In this document: one piece after another, positions 1 to 8,853 of the stretch | How positions within the stretch are numbered: the first letter of the stretch is position 1 | How the letters are laid out: the number at the start of each line of letters is the position of its first letter | From: Anaerococcus senegalensis JC48 | Lineage (GTDB): Bacteria; Bacillota; Clostridia; Tissierellales; Peptoniphilaceae | Length of the DNA stretch: 24,000 bases | Direction of reading: 5' to 3' | Assembly (NCBI RefSeq): GCF_000321005.1 | Contig: NZ_HE578907.1 | Location: 110,975 to 134,974, forward strand | Program-made: the position numbers and the translations under genes | Notes under the pieces: generated by a model | The model's input: only the letters and a program-made list of their open reading frames with translations | Database searches by the model: none | What the model was told of the DNA's origin: nothing

Positions 1-2
1 AA

Positions 3-287
3 AAAAGAGATAGGAAGTTTAAGAAAAATATCTTAGCTTTATTGTTTTTATCTTTTATTTGTATGGGTATTTCTTCTATACATAATTACTTGAAATTGAA
101 TAATACTAGAAACGAGTATAATAATTTACAAAGTCAATATACATCTTATAAATTAACTAAAGATAGGTTGAATAAAGATCTTGAAGATTCAGTTGATTTA
201 AAAGAAATCCAAAGATATGCAATGGAAAATCTTGGTATGATTTATCAAAACAAGGACAACACTGTTTATCTTAATATTGATAGGTAG
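3..287 (+). CDS. ftsL: Cell-division protein FtsL-like, 5' end outside the window
   Basis: The frame is open from the window edge (from nt 3: KRDRKFKKNILALLFLSFICMGISS...), so the TTG at 42 in the ORF track is probably internal. It has a basic stretch, one TM helix, a polar coiled-coil-like segment and the C-terminal ...EIQRYAMENLGMIYQNKDNTVYL pattern typical of Firmicute FtsL. It ends 5 nt upstream of mraY. Confidence 0.6.
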   Translation, partial: KRDRKFKKNILALLFLSFICMGISSIHNYLKLNNTRNEYNNLQSQYTSYKLTKDRLNKDLEDSVDLKEIQRYAMENLGMIYQNKDNTVYLNIDR

Positions 288-292
288 GAGAG

Positions 293-1243
293 ATGAAAGA
301 TACAATTTTAATTATTTTAATTAGTTTGATACTTACTTTAATATTAGGAAAAATTATAATTCCAATTTTAAAGAATAGTCATATTGGACAAAATATTAGA
401 CAAGAAGGACCAAAAAGTCATTATGATAAAGCAGGCACACCAACTATGGGTGGTATTATATTTTTAATATCAGCGCTTGTTTTAACATTGATATTTGTTC
501 CTTTTTCTATGAAAACTTTTATATTGTTGCTTGCAACATTTGGCTTTGGATCTATTGGATTTGTAGATGATTTTAGAAAATTGGTTTTAAAAAGATCCTT
601 AGGATTAACTGCTAAGCAAAAAATAATCCTTCAAGTTGCTTTATCTTTTGTAATTGCAGTTTTATGTTTTATTTTCCAAAATGATACAATAACAAAATTA
701 TGGATTCCATTTACAGATTTTAGATTAAATGTTTCTATTTTAGGCATTCCAATTATGATGTTTATAATGATAGGAACATCAAATGCAGTGAATTTGACAG
801 ATGGACTTGATGGTTTATCTACACAAGTGTCTATTCCAGTTTTTATTACTTTTATCATTTTAGCTCAAAATATAGAAAATAAATTATTTGCAAGTATTAT
901 GCTTGGAGCGGTTTTGGGATTTTTATTTTACAATTCAAATCCAGCAAGCGTATTTATGGGAGATACGGGATCTATGGCAATAGGTGGAGCTGTAGTTGCT
1001 CTTGCTATAAATGCGGGTATGACTTTATTTTTGGTGATACTTGGAGGAGTCTACGTTGCAGAGTCACTAAGCGTTATTATTCAAGTAGCATCATATAAAT
1101 TTAGAAATAAAAAAAGAATATTTTTAATGACACCAATCCACCATCATTATGAATTGAAAGGATACAAAGAACCAAAAATAGTTACTGGTTTTACAATAGT
1201 ATCAGTAATTTTATCTTTGATTACTTTATTAGCAGTACTATGA
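293..1243 (+). CDS. mraY: Phospho-N-acetylmuramoyl-pentapeptide transferase MraY
   Basis: 316-aa polytopic membrane protein with MraY motifs: NAVNLTDGLDGL, FMGDTGSMAIGG, TPIHHHYE. SD GGAGAG lies just upstream. dcw context. Confidence 0.95.
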   Translation: MKDTILIILISLILTLILGKIIIPILKNSHIGQNIRQEGPKSHYDKAGTPTMGGIIFLISALVLTLIFVPFSMKTFILLLATFGFGSIGFVDDFRKLVLKRSLGLTAKQKIILQVALSFVIAVLCFIFQNDTITKLWIPFTDFRLNVSILGIPIMMFIMIGTSNAVNLTDGLDGLSTQVSIPVFITFIILAQNIENKLFASIMLGAVLGFLFYNSNPASVFMGDTGSMAIGGAVVALAINAGMTLFLVILGGVYVAESLSVIIQVASYKFRNKKRIFLMTPIHHHYELKGYKEPKIVTGFTIVSVILSLITLLAVL

Positions 1244-2550
1244 AAAAAGTTTTAGTTTACGGTTTAGGAATAACAGGAATATCCACAGTAAAAACTTTAG
1301 ATAAATTAGGATATGAAGTTTTTACTTATGATAAAAATAAAAATAAAGACGAACGATTAGAGGGCTATAATTATAGCCCTATTTCTGATTTAAAAATTAA
1401 TGAAAAATATGATTTTGTAGTAAAATCTCCAGGAATTAGACCTGATGATGAAATTGTACAAAAATTAGAAAAAAATAATGAAATAATTTCAGATATAGAG
1501 CTATCTTATAGACTTTTTGAAGATAAAAAAATAATTTCGGTTACAGGTACAAATGGAAAAACAACAACTACATCATTAATAACTTATGTTTTAAATCAAA
1601 TTGGTGAAAAAGCAATAAGTGTTGGAAATATTGGTGAGGGAGTTTTGTGGCAAATGTATAATAATGATGCAACATTTGTTGAAGAAATTTCATCATTTCA
1701 ACTACATAATACAAAAACATTTAAGCCAAATATTGGTGCAATATTAAATATTAGTCCAGACCATATAGACTGGCATGGATCATTTAAAAATTACGCCAAT
1801 GATAAAATGAAACTTGCAAAAAACCAAGATAAAGAAGATTTTTTAGTTATAAATCACGATGATAAAATATTATCTGAAAATAAAAATAAATTTAAGGCTT
1901 CAATATACGAATTTTCTATGAAAGAAAAAATAGAAAAAGGTATATACTTAAAAGATGATAGTCTTTATTTAAAAGATGACAAAGAATTTTTCTTATTAAA
2001 TAGAAATGATTTAAAAATCGTAGGTAATCATAATTTGGCAAATGCAGCTTGTGCTATGCTTTGCTTGTATTTGTATGGTATCGACTTAGATGAGATAATT
2101 AAATATACAAAGACATTTAAGGCAATTGATCACAGACTTGAATTTGTAAAACAAATAAAAAATGTTGATTTTTTTAATGATTCGAAGGCAACAAATGTAG
2201 ATAGCGCTATAAAAGCAGTAGATAGTTTTGATAAAAATATTATTTTGATAGCTGGAGGATATGATAAAAAAATTGATTATTCACCATTGTTTGATAATTC
2301 AAATAAAAAGATAAAAGCTATGATTTTATTAGGTCAAACAAAATTTATTCTAGAAGATTTATGCAAGAAATACAAAATAAATTATTATCTTGTAGATGAT
2401 ATGCAAATGGCTGTTGACAAATCATTTGAAATTATGGAAGATTTTGACACAGTTTTGTTATCGCCAGCAAGTGCAAGTTGGGGTATGTATAAAAATTACA
2501 TGCAAAGAGGAGATGACTTTAAAAAAAGAGTTTTAGAAAAGGAAGTATAA
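1240..2550 (+). CDS. murD: UDP-N-acetylmuramoylalanine--D-glutamate ligase MurD
   Basis: N-terminal Rossmann-like VLVYGLGITGIS, Mur-ligase P-loop GTNGKTTTT, DHRLE and NDSKATN motifs. ATGA overlap with the mraY stop suggests translational coupling. Confidence 0.93.
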   Translation: MKKVLVYGLGITGISTVKTLDKLGYEVFTYDKNKNKDERLEGYNYSPISDLKINEKYDFVVKSPGIRPDDEIVQKLEKNNEIISDIELSYRLFEDKKIISVTGTNGKTTTTSLITYVLNQIGEKAISVGNIGEGVLWQMYNNDATFVEEISSFQLHNTKTFKPNIGAILNISPDHIDWHGSFKNYANDKMKLAKNQDKEDFLVINHDDKILSENKNKFKASIYEFSMKEKIEKGIYLKDDSLYLKDDKEFFLLNRNDLKIVGNHNLANAACAMLCLYLYGIDLDEIIKYTKTFKAIDHRLEFVKQIKNVDFFNDSKATNVDSAIKAVDSFDKNIILIAGGYDKKIDYSPLFDNSNKKIKAMILLGQTKFILEDLCKKYKINYYLVDDMQMAVDKSFEIMEDFDTVLLSPASASWGMYKNYMQRGDDFKKRVLEKEV

Positions 2551-3636
2551 ATGAGAGTTATAGTATCTGGAGGAGGCACTGGTGGACATATTTATCCAGC
2601 CATTGCAATGTGTCAAAAATTAGAAAAAGAAATAGAAGATATAGAAATTTTGTATGTTGGAATAAAAGGAAAGCCAGAAGAGAGAATAGTTAAAAAATAC
2701 GGCTATCAATTTAGATCAATTGAAGCTATGGGACTTCCTAGAAAAATTTCAAAAAGACTTTTTAAATCACTGATAACAAATTATAAAGGATTTAAAGAGG
2801 CAAAAAAAATAATTAAAGAATTTAAACCAGACCTAGTAATAGGAACGGGTGGATATGTTTGTGCACCTGTTCTTTATCAAGCAAGTAGAAAAAATATAAA
2901 AACTCTAATCCATGAATCAAATTCATTTCCAGGCATAACTACAAGATTTTTATCAAACAAAGTTGACTTAGTTTGTATTTCTTTTGAAGAAGCTAAGAAA
3001 CATTTAAAAAATAAAAAAAATATCCACATAACTGGTAATCCTGTAAGAAGTAACTTTAATACTGATTATACAGAAAAAGATTTGGAAAAATTAGGTATAA
3101 AAAAAGATAGACCAGTTGTATTTTCATTTGGTGGATCTAACGGATCAAAAGCATTAAATAAAGCTATTAAGGAAATGAGTGAAATGATGGATGGTAAATT
3201 TTATCTTCTTCATCAAACAGGATCAGTTTATTATGATGATTTTTTAGAGAATACTAAAGAAAATGAATATATTAAAGTATTTTCATATATAGATAATATA
3301 GATCTTTTCTATGGTGTAAGCGATCTTGTAATATCTTCTTCGGGTGCTATGAGTCTTAGTGAAATTTCAAGTTTAAAAAAAGCTTCAATATTAATACCTA
3401 AAGCTTATACTACAGAAAATCACCAAGAATACAATGCTAGAACTTACCTTGATAAAGGCGCAAGTTCTATGATTTTAGAAAAAGATTTAAACGGAAAAGT
3501 TTTATACGAAAATATAATACAAATAATAGATGATAAGGAAAAATTAGATGATATGGGTAAGATGGCTAGCAATTTACAAAACCCAAATGCTAGTAATGAT
3601 ATCTATGATTTAATTATAAAATTGATGGAAAAATAA
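2551..3636 (+). CDS. murG: UDP-GlcNAc:undecaprenyl-PP-MurNAc-pentapeptide GlcNAc transferase MurG
   Basis: N-terminal GGGTGGHIYPA loop and GGSNGS, 361 aa. The ATG directly abuts the murD stop (TAAATG). Confidence 0.93.
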   Translation: MRVIVSGGGTGGHIYPAIAMCQKLEKEIEDIEILYVGIKGKPEERIVKKYGYQFRSIEAMGLPRKISKRLFKSLITNYKGFKEAKKIIKEFKPDLVIGTGGYVCAPVLYQASRKNIKTLIHESNSFPGITTRFLSNKVDLVCISFEEAKKHLKNKKNIHITGNPVRSNFNTDYTEKDLEKLGIKKDRPVVFSFGGSNGSKALNKAIKEMSEMMDGKFYLLHQTGSVYYDDFLENTKENEYIKVFSYIDNIDLFYGVSDLVISSSGAMSLSEISSLKKASILIPKAYTTENHQEYNARTYLDKGASSMILEKDLNGKVLYENIIQIIDDKEKLDDMGKMASNLQNPNASNDIYDLIIKLMEK

Positions 3637-3637
3637 A

Positions 3638-3706
3638 ATGGCAAATAAAAATAGAAATAGAAGAAAATTAAGAAAAAAAATAAAACTTTTACTCCGATTT
3701 TTATAA
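3638..3706 (+). other. 22-codon frame encoding a basic tail (MANKNRNRRKLRKKIKLLLRFL*), probably the displaced N-terminus of DivIB
   Basis: The ATG lies 1 nt after the murG stop, matching the coupling seen elsewhere in the cluster. The Arg/Lys-rich peptide resembles the cytoplasmic tail of DivIB/FtsQ. Its frame meets the divIB frame across an A8 run at 3673-3680. Confidence 0.5.
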
Positions 3707-3711
3707 TTTTT

Positions 3712-4416
3712 TTGATTATAATTAGTTTAGCTATTTTAATCTTTAATTTTTTTAAACATGATTATTTCAAAATTTCTCAAGTCTATATAAAAGGAAATAA
3801 GATTTTATCAGACGAACAAATATTAAAAGGTTTAAATAATCCTATAGGTAAAAATATAATTTTGTATGACGAAGAAGAAAGCATAGATAAATTAAAAAAA
3901 GATGAGATAATTAAAAGTGTTAAAATTGAAAAAAAGATGCCAGATGAAATTATAGTTAAAGTTAAAGAAGAATATCCATATATGTACACTAACTATAAAA
4001 AAGAAAAATATATAGTTACAAATAATGGAAAAGTTTTAGATAAAACTGATAAGCTCAGTAATAGTAGTTTAATAAAACTAAAATTATCAAAAAATAAACC
4101 TAAAATAGGCAATAAGTTTACTGATGATAAAAAAATTTTGGATTTTATTATTTTATTACAAAAGCTAAAACATAGTAAAGACATAAAAGAAATAGACTTG
4201 GAAAACTATAATGATATTGGTATAATAATAAAAGATATTCAGATTAATTTCGGAGATTTAAAAAATTATAAGTACAAATTGAAATTACTTGATTCAGTTT
4301 TAAAAGATATAGACAATAAAAAAATAAAAGCATATACTATTAGTCTTGATAAGGGCAAGAATCCAGTAGTTGAAGTTGAAGAAAATAGTCTTGACGAAAA
4401 AGATGAAAATAATTAA
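3712..4416 (+). CDS. divIB: Cell-division protein DivIB/FtsQ (POTRA-containing); as written the 5' end is frame-broken (see findings)
   Basis: Hydrophobic N-terminal segment followed by a POTRA-like [19 protein letters not shown]..., 234 aa. It sits between murG and ftsZ. The frame is actually open back to 3661 ([31 protein letters not shown]), and TTG 3712 has no SD. Confidence 0.8.
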   Translation: MIIISLAILIFNFFKHDYFKISQVYIKGNKILSDEQILKGLNNPIGKNIILYDEEESIDKLKKDEIIKSVKIEKKMPDEIIVKVKEEYPYMYTNYKKEKYIVTNNGKVLDKTDKLSNSSLIKLKLSKNKPKIGNKFTDDKKILDFIILLQKLKHSKDIKEIDLENYNDIGIIIKDIQINFGDLKNYKYKLKLLDSVLKDIDNKKIKAYTISLDKGKNPVVEVEENSLDEKDENN

Positions 4417-4448
4417 AAATATTATTCTTAATGAAACGGGGGAGTAAG

Positions 4449-5534
4449 ATGGCAAATATCAATATGGAAGTAGAAAATAACGCCTTAGCCAAAATTAAAG
4501 TTATTGGAGTAGGTGGAGGTGGAAATAATGCAATAAGCAGAATGAGAGAGGGTGGCCTTTCTGGTGTAGAATTTATTGCATTAAATACTGATCTTCAAAC
4601 TTTAAATGAAGCAAATGCTGATATAAAATTACAAATCGGAGCAAAGCTTACAAGAGGACTTGGTGCTGGAGCAAATCCAGAAATTGGTGAAAAAGCTGCT
4701 GAAGAAAGTGAGTCAGAAATAGATGAATCACTTAAGGGAGCAGATATGGTATTTATCACTGCTGGAATGGGTGGTGGAACTGGTACTGGTGCAGCCCCTG
4801 TTGTAGCTAGAAAAGCAAAGGAACAAGGAATCCTTACAGTAGGTGTAGTAACTCGTCCTTTTACATTTGAAGGTAGAAAAAGACAAACATCTGCAGAAGG
4901 TGGAATTGAAGCTTTAAAAGAAAGTGTTGATACATTAATTACAATACCAAATGATAGACTTTTACAAATAGTTGAAAAGAGAACATCAATGGTAGAAGCC
5001 TTCAAAATGGCTGACCAAGTACTTATGGATGCTGTAAGTGGTATTTCAGAACTTATAGCTATACCAAATGTAATTAACCTTGACTTTGCTGATGTAAAAT
5101 CAATAATGTCAGATCAAGGAATTGCTCATATGGGAATTGGTAGAGCCAGTGGTGAAAATAGGGCAGTTGACGCAGCAAAAGCAGCTGTAAATTCTCCACT
5201 ACTTGAAACATCTATTGAAGGAGCTAATGCTGTATTATTAAATGTAACAGCAGCAGAAGTTGGTCTAATGGAAGCAAATGAAGCAGCAGAATTAATCAGA
5301 GATCACATCGATTCAGATGCAAATATCATTTTTGGTGTAGGTAGCGATGAATCACTAGGCGATGATATTAAGATTACTGTAATTGCTACAGGATTTGACC
5401 AAGATAGTCAAAAAAGAAGAGAATCAATGGAAACTAGAAGACCTTCACAAAATACAAGTCAGAGACCTGCACAAAGAAGTCAAAAATCTTCAAACCCATT
5501 TGACGATATAGATCTACCAGATTTCTTAAAATAA
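4449..5534 (+). CDS. ftsZ: Cell-division GTPase FtsZ
   Basis: Tubulin/FtsZ signatures GVGGGGNNA and [13 protein letters not shown], with a disordered C-terminal linker and a terminal DIDLPDFLK peptide. I chose ATG 4449 because SD GGGGGAG (4438-4444) precedes it. The track start at 4431 has no SD. Confidence 0.97.
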   Translation: MANINMEVENNALAKIKVIGVGGGGNNAISRMREGGLSGVEFIALNTDLQTLNEANADIKLQIGAKLTRGLGAGANPEIGEKAAEESESEIDESLKGADMVFITAGMGGGTGTGAAPVVARKAKEQGILTVGVVTRPFTFEGRKRQTSAEGGIEALKESVDTLITIPNDRLLQIVEKRTSMVEAFKMADQVLMDAVSGISELIAIPNVINLDFADVKSIMSDQGIAHMGIGRASGENRAVDAAKAAVNSPLLETSIEGANAVLLNVTAAEVGLMEANEAAELIRDHIDSDANIIFGVGSDESLGDDIKITVIATGFDQDSQKRRESMETRRPSQNTSQRPAQRSQKSSNPFDDIDLPDFLK

Positions 5535-5535
5535 A

Positions 5536-5988
5536 ATGAAATGTCCATATTGTGACTCAAATGACACAAAAGTTATAGATTCTAGAGCTACAGAAGATAA
5601 TCACGCTATTAGAAGAAGAAGACTTTGCCAGACTTGCAATAAGAGATTTTCAACTTACGAAAGATATGAAGATCAAACGGTGATGGTTGTAAAAAAAGAT
5701 AACACAAGAGAATCATTTGATAGGGCAAAACTTATAAACGGTATTGTAAAATCTTGTGAAAAAAGACCAGTAAGTATGGATCAAATAGAAAAAATTGCTG
5801 ATGATATAGAAGTATCTATCAATCATATAGGTAAAAAGGAAATATCATCATCAAGTATTGGTAAATTTGTCATGGAACATCTAAAAAAGTTGGATCCTGT
5901 TGCATATGTAAGATTTGCTTCAGTTTACAGAGAGTTTAAAGATGTTGAGAGTTTCTATAAAGAGATCAAAAATTTAGAAAATGATTAG
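5536..5988 (+). CDS. nrdR: Transcriptional repressor NrdR (ribonucleotide reductase regulator)
   Basis: N-terminal zinc ribbon CPYCDS...CQTCNKRFSTYE followed by an ATP-cone, 150 aa. Starts 1 nt after the ftsZ stop. Confidence 0.93.
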   Translation: MKCPYCDSNDTKVIDSRATEDNHAIRRRRLCQTCNKRFSTYERYEDQTVMVVKKDNTRESFDRAKLINGIVKSCEKRPVSMDQIEKIADDIEVSINHIGKKEISSSSIGKFVMEHLKKLDPVAYVRFASVYREFKDVESFYKEIKNLEND

Positions 5989-5995
5989 ATAATTT

Positions 5996-6128
5996 AGGGC
6001 TTTTGCAAAAATGAATTTGTTTTAATTTTCATAGAAGTCAAATAAAAATATAAAAAACATTCTTATAAATTTTTATTTGACTATAATTTTGAAAATTGAT
6101 TTATTCATAATGCAATAGTCCTTTTTTT
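5996..6128 (+). repeat. Long imperfect palindrome (hairpin of ~127 nt) followed by T7; probable terminator of the dcw/nrdR transcript
   Basis: Perfect 13-bp core arms gtcaaataaaaat (6037-6049) / atttttatttgac (6069-6081). Further paired blocks are attttca (6025-6031)/tgaaaat (6090-6096), atgaat (6011-6016)/attcat (6103-6108), and a mostly paired outer block agggctttttgca-type (5996-6007)/tgcaatagtcct (6111-6122). A T7 run follows at 6122-6128. Confidence 0.6.
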
Positions 6129-6143
6129 GAAAGAAGTGAAAAA

Positions 6144-7475
6144 ATGGATTTATTCGAACTTAATAAACAAAGACAATTAGAGAAATCAGCACCTTTAGCT
6201 GATAGGATGAGACCTGAAAATATTGAAGATTTTTTGGGACAAGATCACCTATTGGCAGAAGGCAAAATCATAAGAAGAATGATAAAATCCGATAGGATTT
6301 ATTCTTCTATTTTTTATGGTCCTCCTGGAGTTGGGAAAACTACCCTTGCAAGAATTATTTCAAAATCCACAAATATGGCCTTTGAGAAAGTATCTGCAGT
6401 TGCTAGTGGAATAAGTGATTTAAAGAAAAAAATTCAAATAGCTAAAGATAATTTAAAATTTGAAAATAAAAAAACTATATTGTTTATAGATGAGATTCAT
6501 AGATTTAATAAGAGTCAACAAGATTATTTGCTTCCTTTTGTTGAAGATTCTACAATAATTTTAATTGGAGCTACAACAGAAAATCCATATTTTGAAGTAA
6601 ATAAAGCATTAATATCAAGAATGTATATATTTGAATTGAAAGCACATACTAATGAAGACTTGCATAAATTAATAGATATGGCTTTATCAAGAGATAAAGT
6701 TTTACAAAATAAAAATATAAAAATTGAAGAGGATGCAAGAGATACCTTAGTTAAATTTTCAAATGGAGATTGTAGGGCCTTATTAAATGCTTTAGAAATT
6801 GCTATATTTTCACAAGAGGATAAAGAAGGTATAATAGTAGTTGATCGAAAAAGTATCTTAAATTCTATTCAAAAAAAGATTTCAATTTATGATAGAGATG
6901 GGGATAGACATTATGATACTATTTCTGCTTTTATAAAATCTATGAGAGGATCTGATCCTGATGCTGCTATTTTTTATTTGGCAAAAATGTTAAATAGTGG
7001 CGAAGATATTAAATTTATAGCAAGAAGGATGATTATTTTTGCATCAGAAGATATTTCCTTGGCTGATCCTTATGCCTTAAGTCTTGCTACAAATACTTTT
7101 ACTGCTATAGATACTGTAGGAATGCCAGAAGCTAGAATTATTTTAGCTCAAACTTGTATTTATTTATCTTTAGCAAAAAAGAATAATTCAACATATCTTG
7201 CCATTAATAAGGCAATGGATTTTGTGAAAAATGAAAAGGATCTGGAAGTTCCCAACAAACTGAAAGATACACATTATAAGGGGAGTAAAAATCTTGTGAA
7301 AGATACTTATTTATACCCACATGATTATAATGGTTATGTAGAGCAAGATTACCTGCCAGATGGATTTGTAAAAGAAAAATTTTATAAATCAAAAGATATA
7401 GGTTATGAAAAAATACTTAGTGAAAATTTAGAAAAAATAAAGAGAGGAAATGAGGATGAAATTATCAGAGATTAA
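6144..7475 (+). CDS. rarA: Replication-associated recombination protein RarA/MgsA (AAA+ ATPase)
   Basis: Walker [12 protein letters not shown], Walker [17 protein letters not shown], sensor region [11 protein letters not shown] and a C-terminal MgsA-type helical domain, 443 aa. Confidence 0.9.
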   Translation: MDLFELNKQRQLEKSAPLADRMRPENIEDFLGQDHLLAEGKIIRRMIKSDRIYSSIFYGPPGVGKTTLARIISKSTNMAFEKVSAVASGISDLKKKIQIAKDNLKFENKKTILFIDEIHRFNKSQQDYLLPFVEDSTIILIGATTENPYFEVNKALISRMYIFELKAHTNEDLHKLIDMALSRDKVLQNKNIKIEEDARDTLVKFSNGDCRALLNALEIAIFSQEDKEGIIVVDRKSILNSIQKKISIYDRDGDRHYDTISAFIKSMRGSDPDAAIFYLAKMLNSGEDIKFIARRMIIFASEDISLADPYALSLATNTFTAIDTVGMPEARIILAQTCIYLSLAKKNNSTYLAINKAMDFVKNEKDLEVPNKLKDTHYKGSKNLVKDTYLYPHDYNGYVEQDYLPDGFVKEKFYKSKDIGYEKILSENLEKIKRGNEDEIIRD

Positions 7476-8844
7476 AAAAGATGTAGAAAAATACATTGAT
7501 CAAGAAGTTACAGTAGAGGGCTGGATAAGACAAGCTAGATTTACAAAAAATGTTGGCTTTATTGAATTAAATGATGGAACAATATTTAAAAATTTACAAA
7601 TTGTTGTAGGAAAAGACTTAGAAAATTTTGGGGATTTACAAAAAGAACACTTATCAGCTTCCTTAAAAGTAGTTGGTAAACTTGTAAAAACTAATAATGC
7701 TAAGCAAGCCTATGAACTTCAAGCTAATAAAGTAGAAGTTTTAGGTCATAGTGATGAGAAGTTTCCAATTCAAAAACAAAAACAATCTCTTGAATATATG
7801 AGAACTATTCCTCATTTAAGAGTTAGAACCAATACTTATAGGGCTGTTTTTAGATTAAGATCAAAACTTGCTTATGCTCTTCATAAATTCTTCCAAGAAA
7901 GAGAATTTATTTACTTAAATGCACCATTAATTACTGCATCAGATACAGAAGGTGCTGGGGAAATGTTCCAAGTTACAACTCAAGATTTAGATAAACCAAA
8001 TCTCGACAAAGAAGGTAAGGTTGACTATACAAAAGATTTCTTTGGCAAAAAATCATATTTAACTGTATCAGGACAACTTGAAGCAGAAGATTACGCATTA
8101 GCTCTTTCAAATATTTATACTTTTGGTCCAACATTTAGGGCTGAAGAGTCAAATACTCCAAGACATGCTGCAGAATTTTGGATGCTTGAACCAGAACTTG
8201 CTTTTGCAGATTATAATGTCTGCATGGATGTGGCTGAAGATATGATGAAATATATGATTGAATATGTTTTAGAAAATTGTAAGGATGAAATTGAATTTTT
8301 CAATGAAAGAGTTGATGATACTTTGATTGAAAGACTTACAAAGGTTAAAAATGCTAAATTTGCAAGAATTACCTATACAGATGCAATTGAAAAATTAAAA
8401 AATGCTGATGTAGATTTTGAATATCCAGTAGAATGGGGAATTGATCTTCAAACTGAACATGAAAGATACTTATCAGAAAAAATAGTTGATGGTCCAGTTT
8501 TTGTTACAGATTATCCAAAAGATATTAAAGCATTTTATATGAGAAGAAATTCAGACGGAAAAACTGTGGCAGCTTTTGATATGCTAGTTCCTGCTGTAGG
8601 AGAGCTTATAGGTGGAAGTCAAAGAGAAGAAAGATATGACGAGCTTGTAAAATCTATGGAAGATAATGGTTTGAAAATTGAAGAATATCAAAATTATCTA
8701 GATTTAAGAAAATATGGAACAGTTGTTCATTCAGGATATGGTCTTGGATTTGAAAGAGCTGTAATGTATCTTACAGGAATGAAAAATATTCGTGACGTTA
8801 TCCCTTATCCAAGAACAGTTAACTCTTTTGCATCAAAAAATTAA
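7456..8844 (+). CDS. asnS: Asparagine--tRNA ligase
   Basis: N-terminal OB fold plus class II motifs [29 protein letters not shown] and [14 protein letters not shown] chose ATG 7456 because it is 7 nt after AGAGAGGA. The track ATG 7450 is an alternative. The start overlaps the rarA 3' end. Confidence 0.92.
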   Translation: MKLSEIKKDVEKYIDQEVTVEGWIRQARFTKNVGFIELNDGTIFKNLQIVVGKDLENFGDLQKEHLSASLKVVGKLVKTNNAKQAYELQANKVEVLGHSDEKFPIQKQKQSLEYMRTIPHLRVRTNTYRAVFRLRSKLAYALHKFFQEREFIYLNAPLITASDTEGAGEMFQVTTQDLDKPNLDKEGKVDYTKDFFGKKSYLTVSGQLEAEDYALALSNIYTFGPTFRAEESNTPRHAAEFWMLEPELAFADYNVCMDVAEDMMKYMIEYVLENCKDEIEFFNERVDDTLIERLTKVKNAKFARITYTDAIEKLKNADVDFEYPVEWGIDLQTEHERYLSEKIVDGPVFVTDYPKDIKAFYMRRNSDGKTVAAFDMLVPAVGELIGGSQREERYDELVKSMEDNGLKIEEYQNYLDLRKYGTVVHSGYGLGFERAVMYLTGMKNIRDVIPYPRTVNSFASKN

Positions 8845-8853
8845 GGAGAAAAT

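Noticed and set aside
631-858. Short antisense or off-frame ORFs inside mraY, divIB, rarA, leuS, holA, lepA and the dnaK 3' region (631-858, 3783-3989, 3993-4184, 7204-7392, 9849-10037, 10099-10341, 14817-15089, 16566-16805, 22629-22838)
   Set aside because: Each is fully or largely contained in a longer gene with recognisable family motifs. None has a convincing start context. Such ORFs are expected by chance in a stop-poor antisense frame of AT-rich genes.
4431-4448. Upstream starts proposed by the track for ftsZ (ATG 4431) and hrcA (GTG 19342)
   Set aside because: The SD sequences (GGGGGAG at 4438-4444; GAGGTG at 19351-19356) lie downstream of those codons and are correctly spaced for ATG 4449 and ATG 19363. 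GTG 19342 also sits inside the CIRCE operator.
4595-5005. 136-aa ORF antisense to ftsZ
   Set aside because: It lies entirely inside the strongly supported ftsZ frame. Its Pro/Ala/Ser/Val-rich low-complexity sequence is the mirror of the Gly/Ala/Thr-rich FtsZ core, and it has no SD. It is a classic shadow ORF.
5989-6143. T-box leader or other riboswitch controlling rarA-asnS-leuS
   Set aside because: The spacer is only 155 nt and almost pure A/T. It folds as one symmetric hairpin and lacks the conserved T-box, specifier-loop or antiterminator sequence elements I know.
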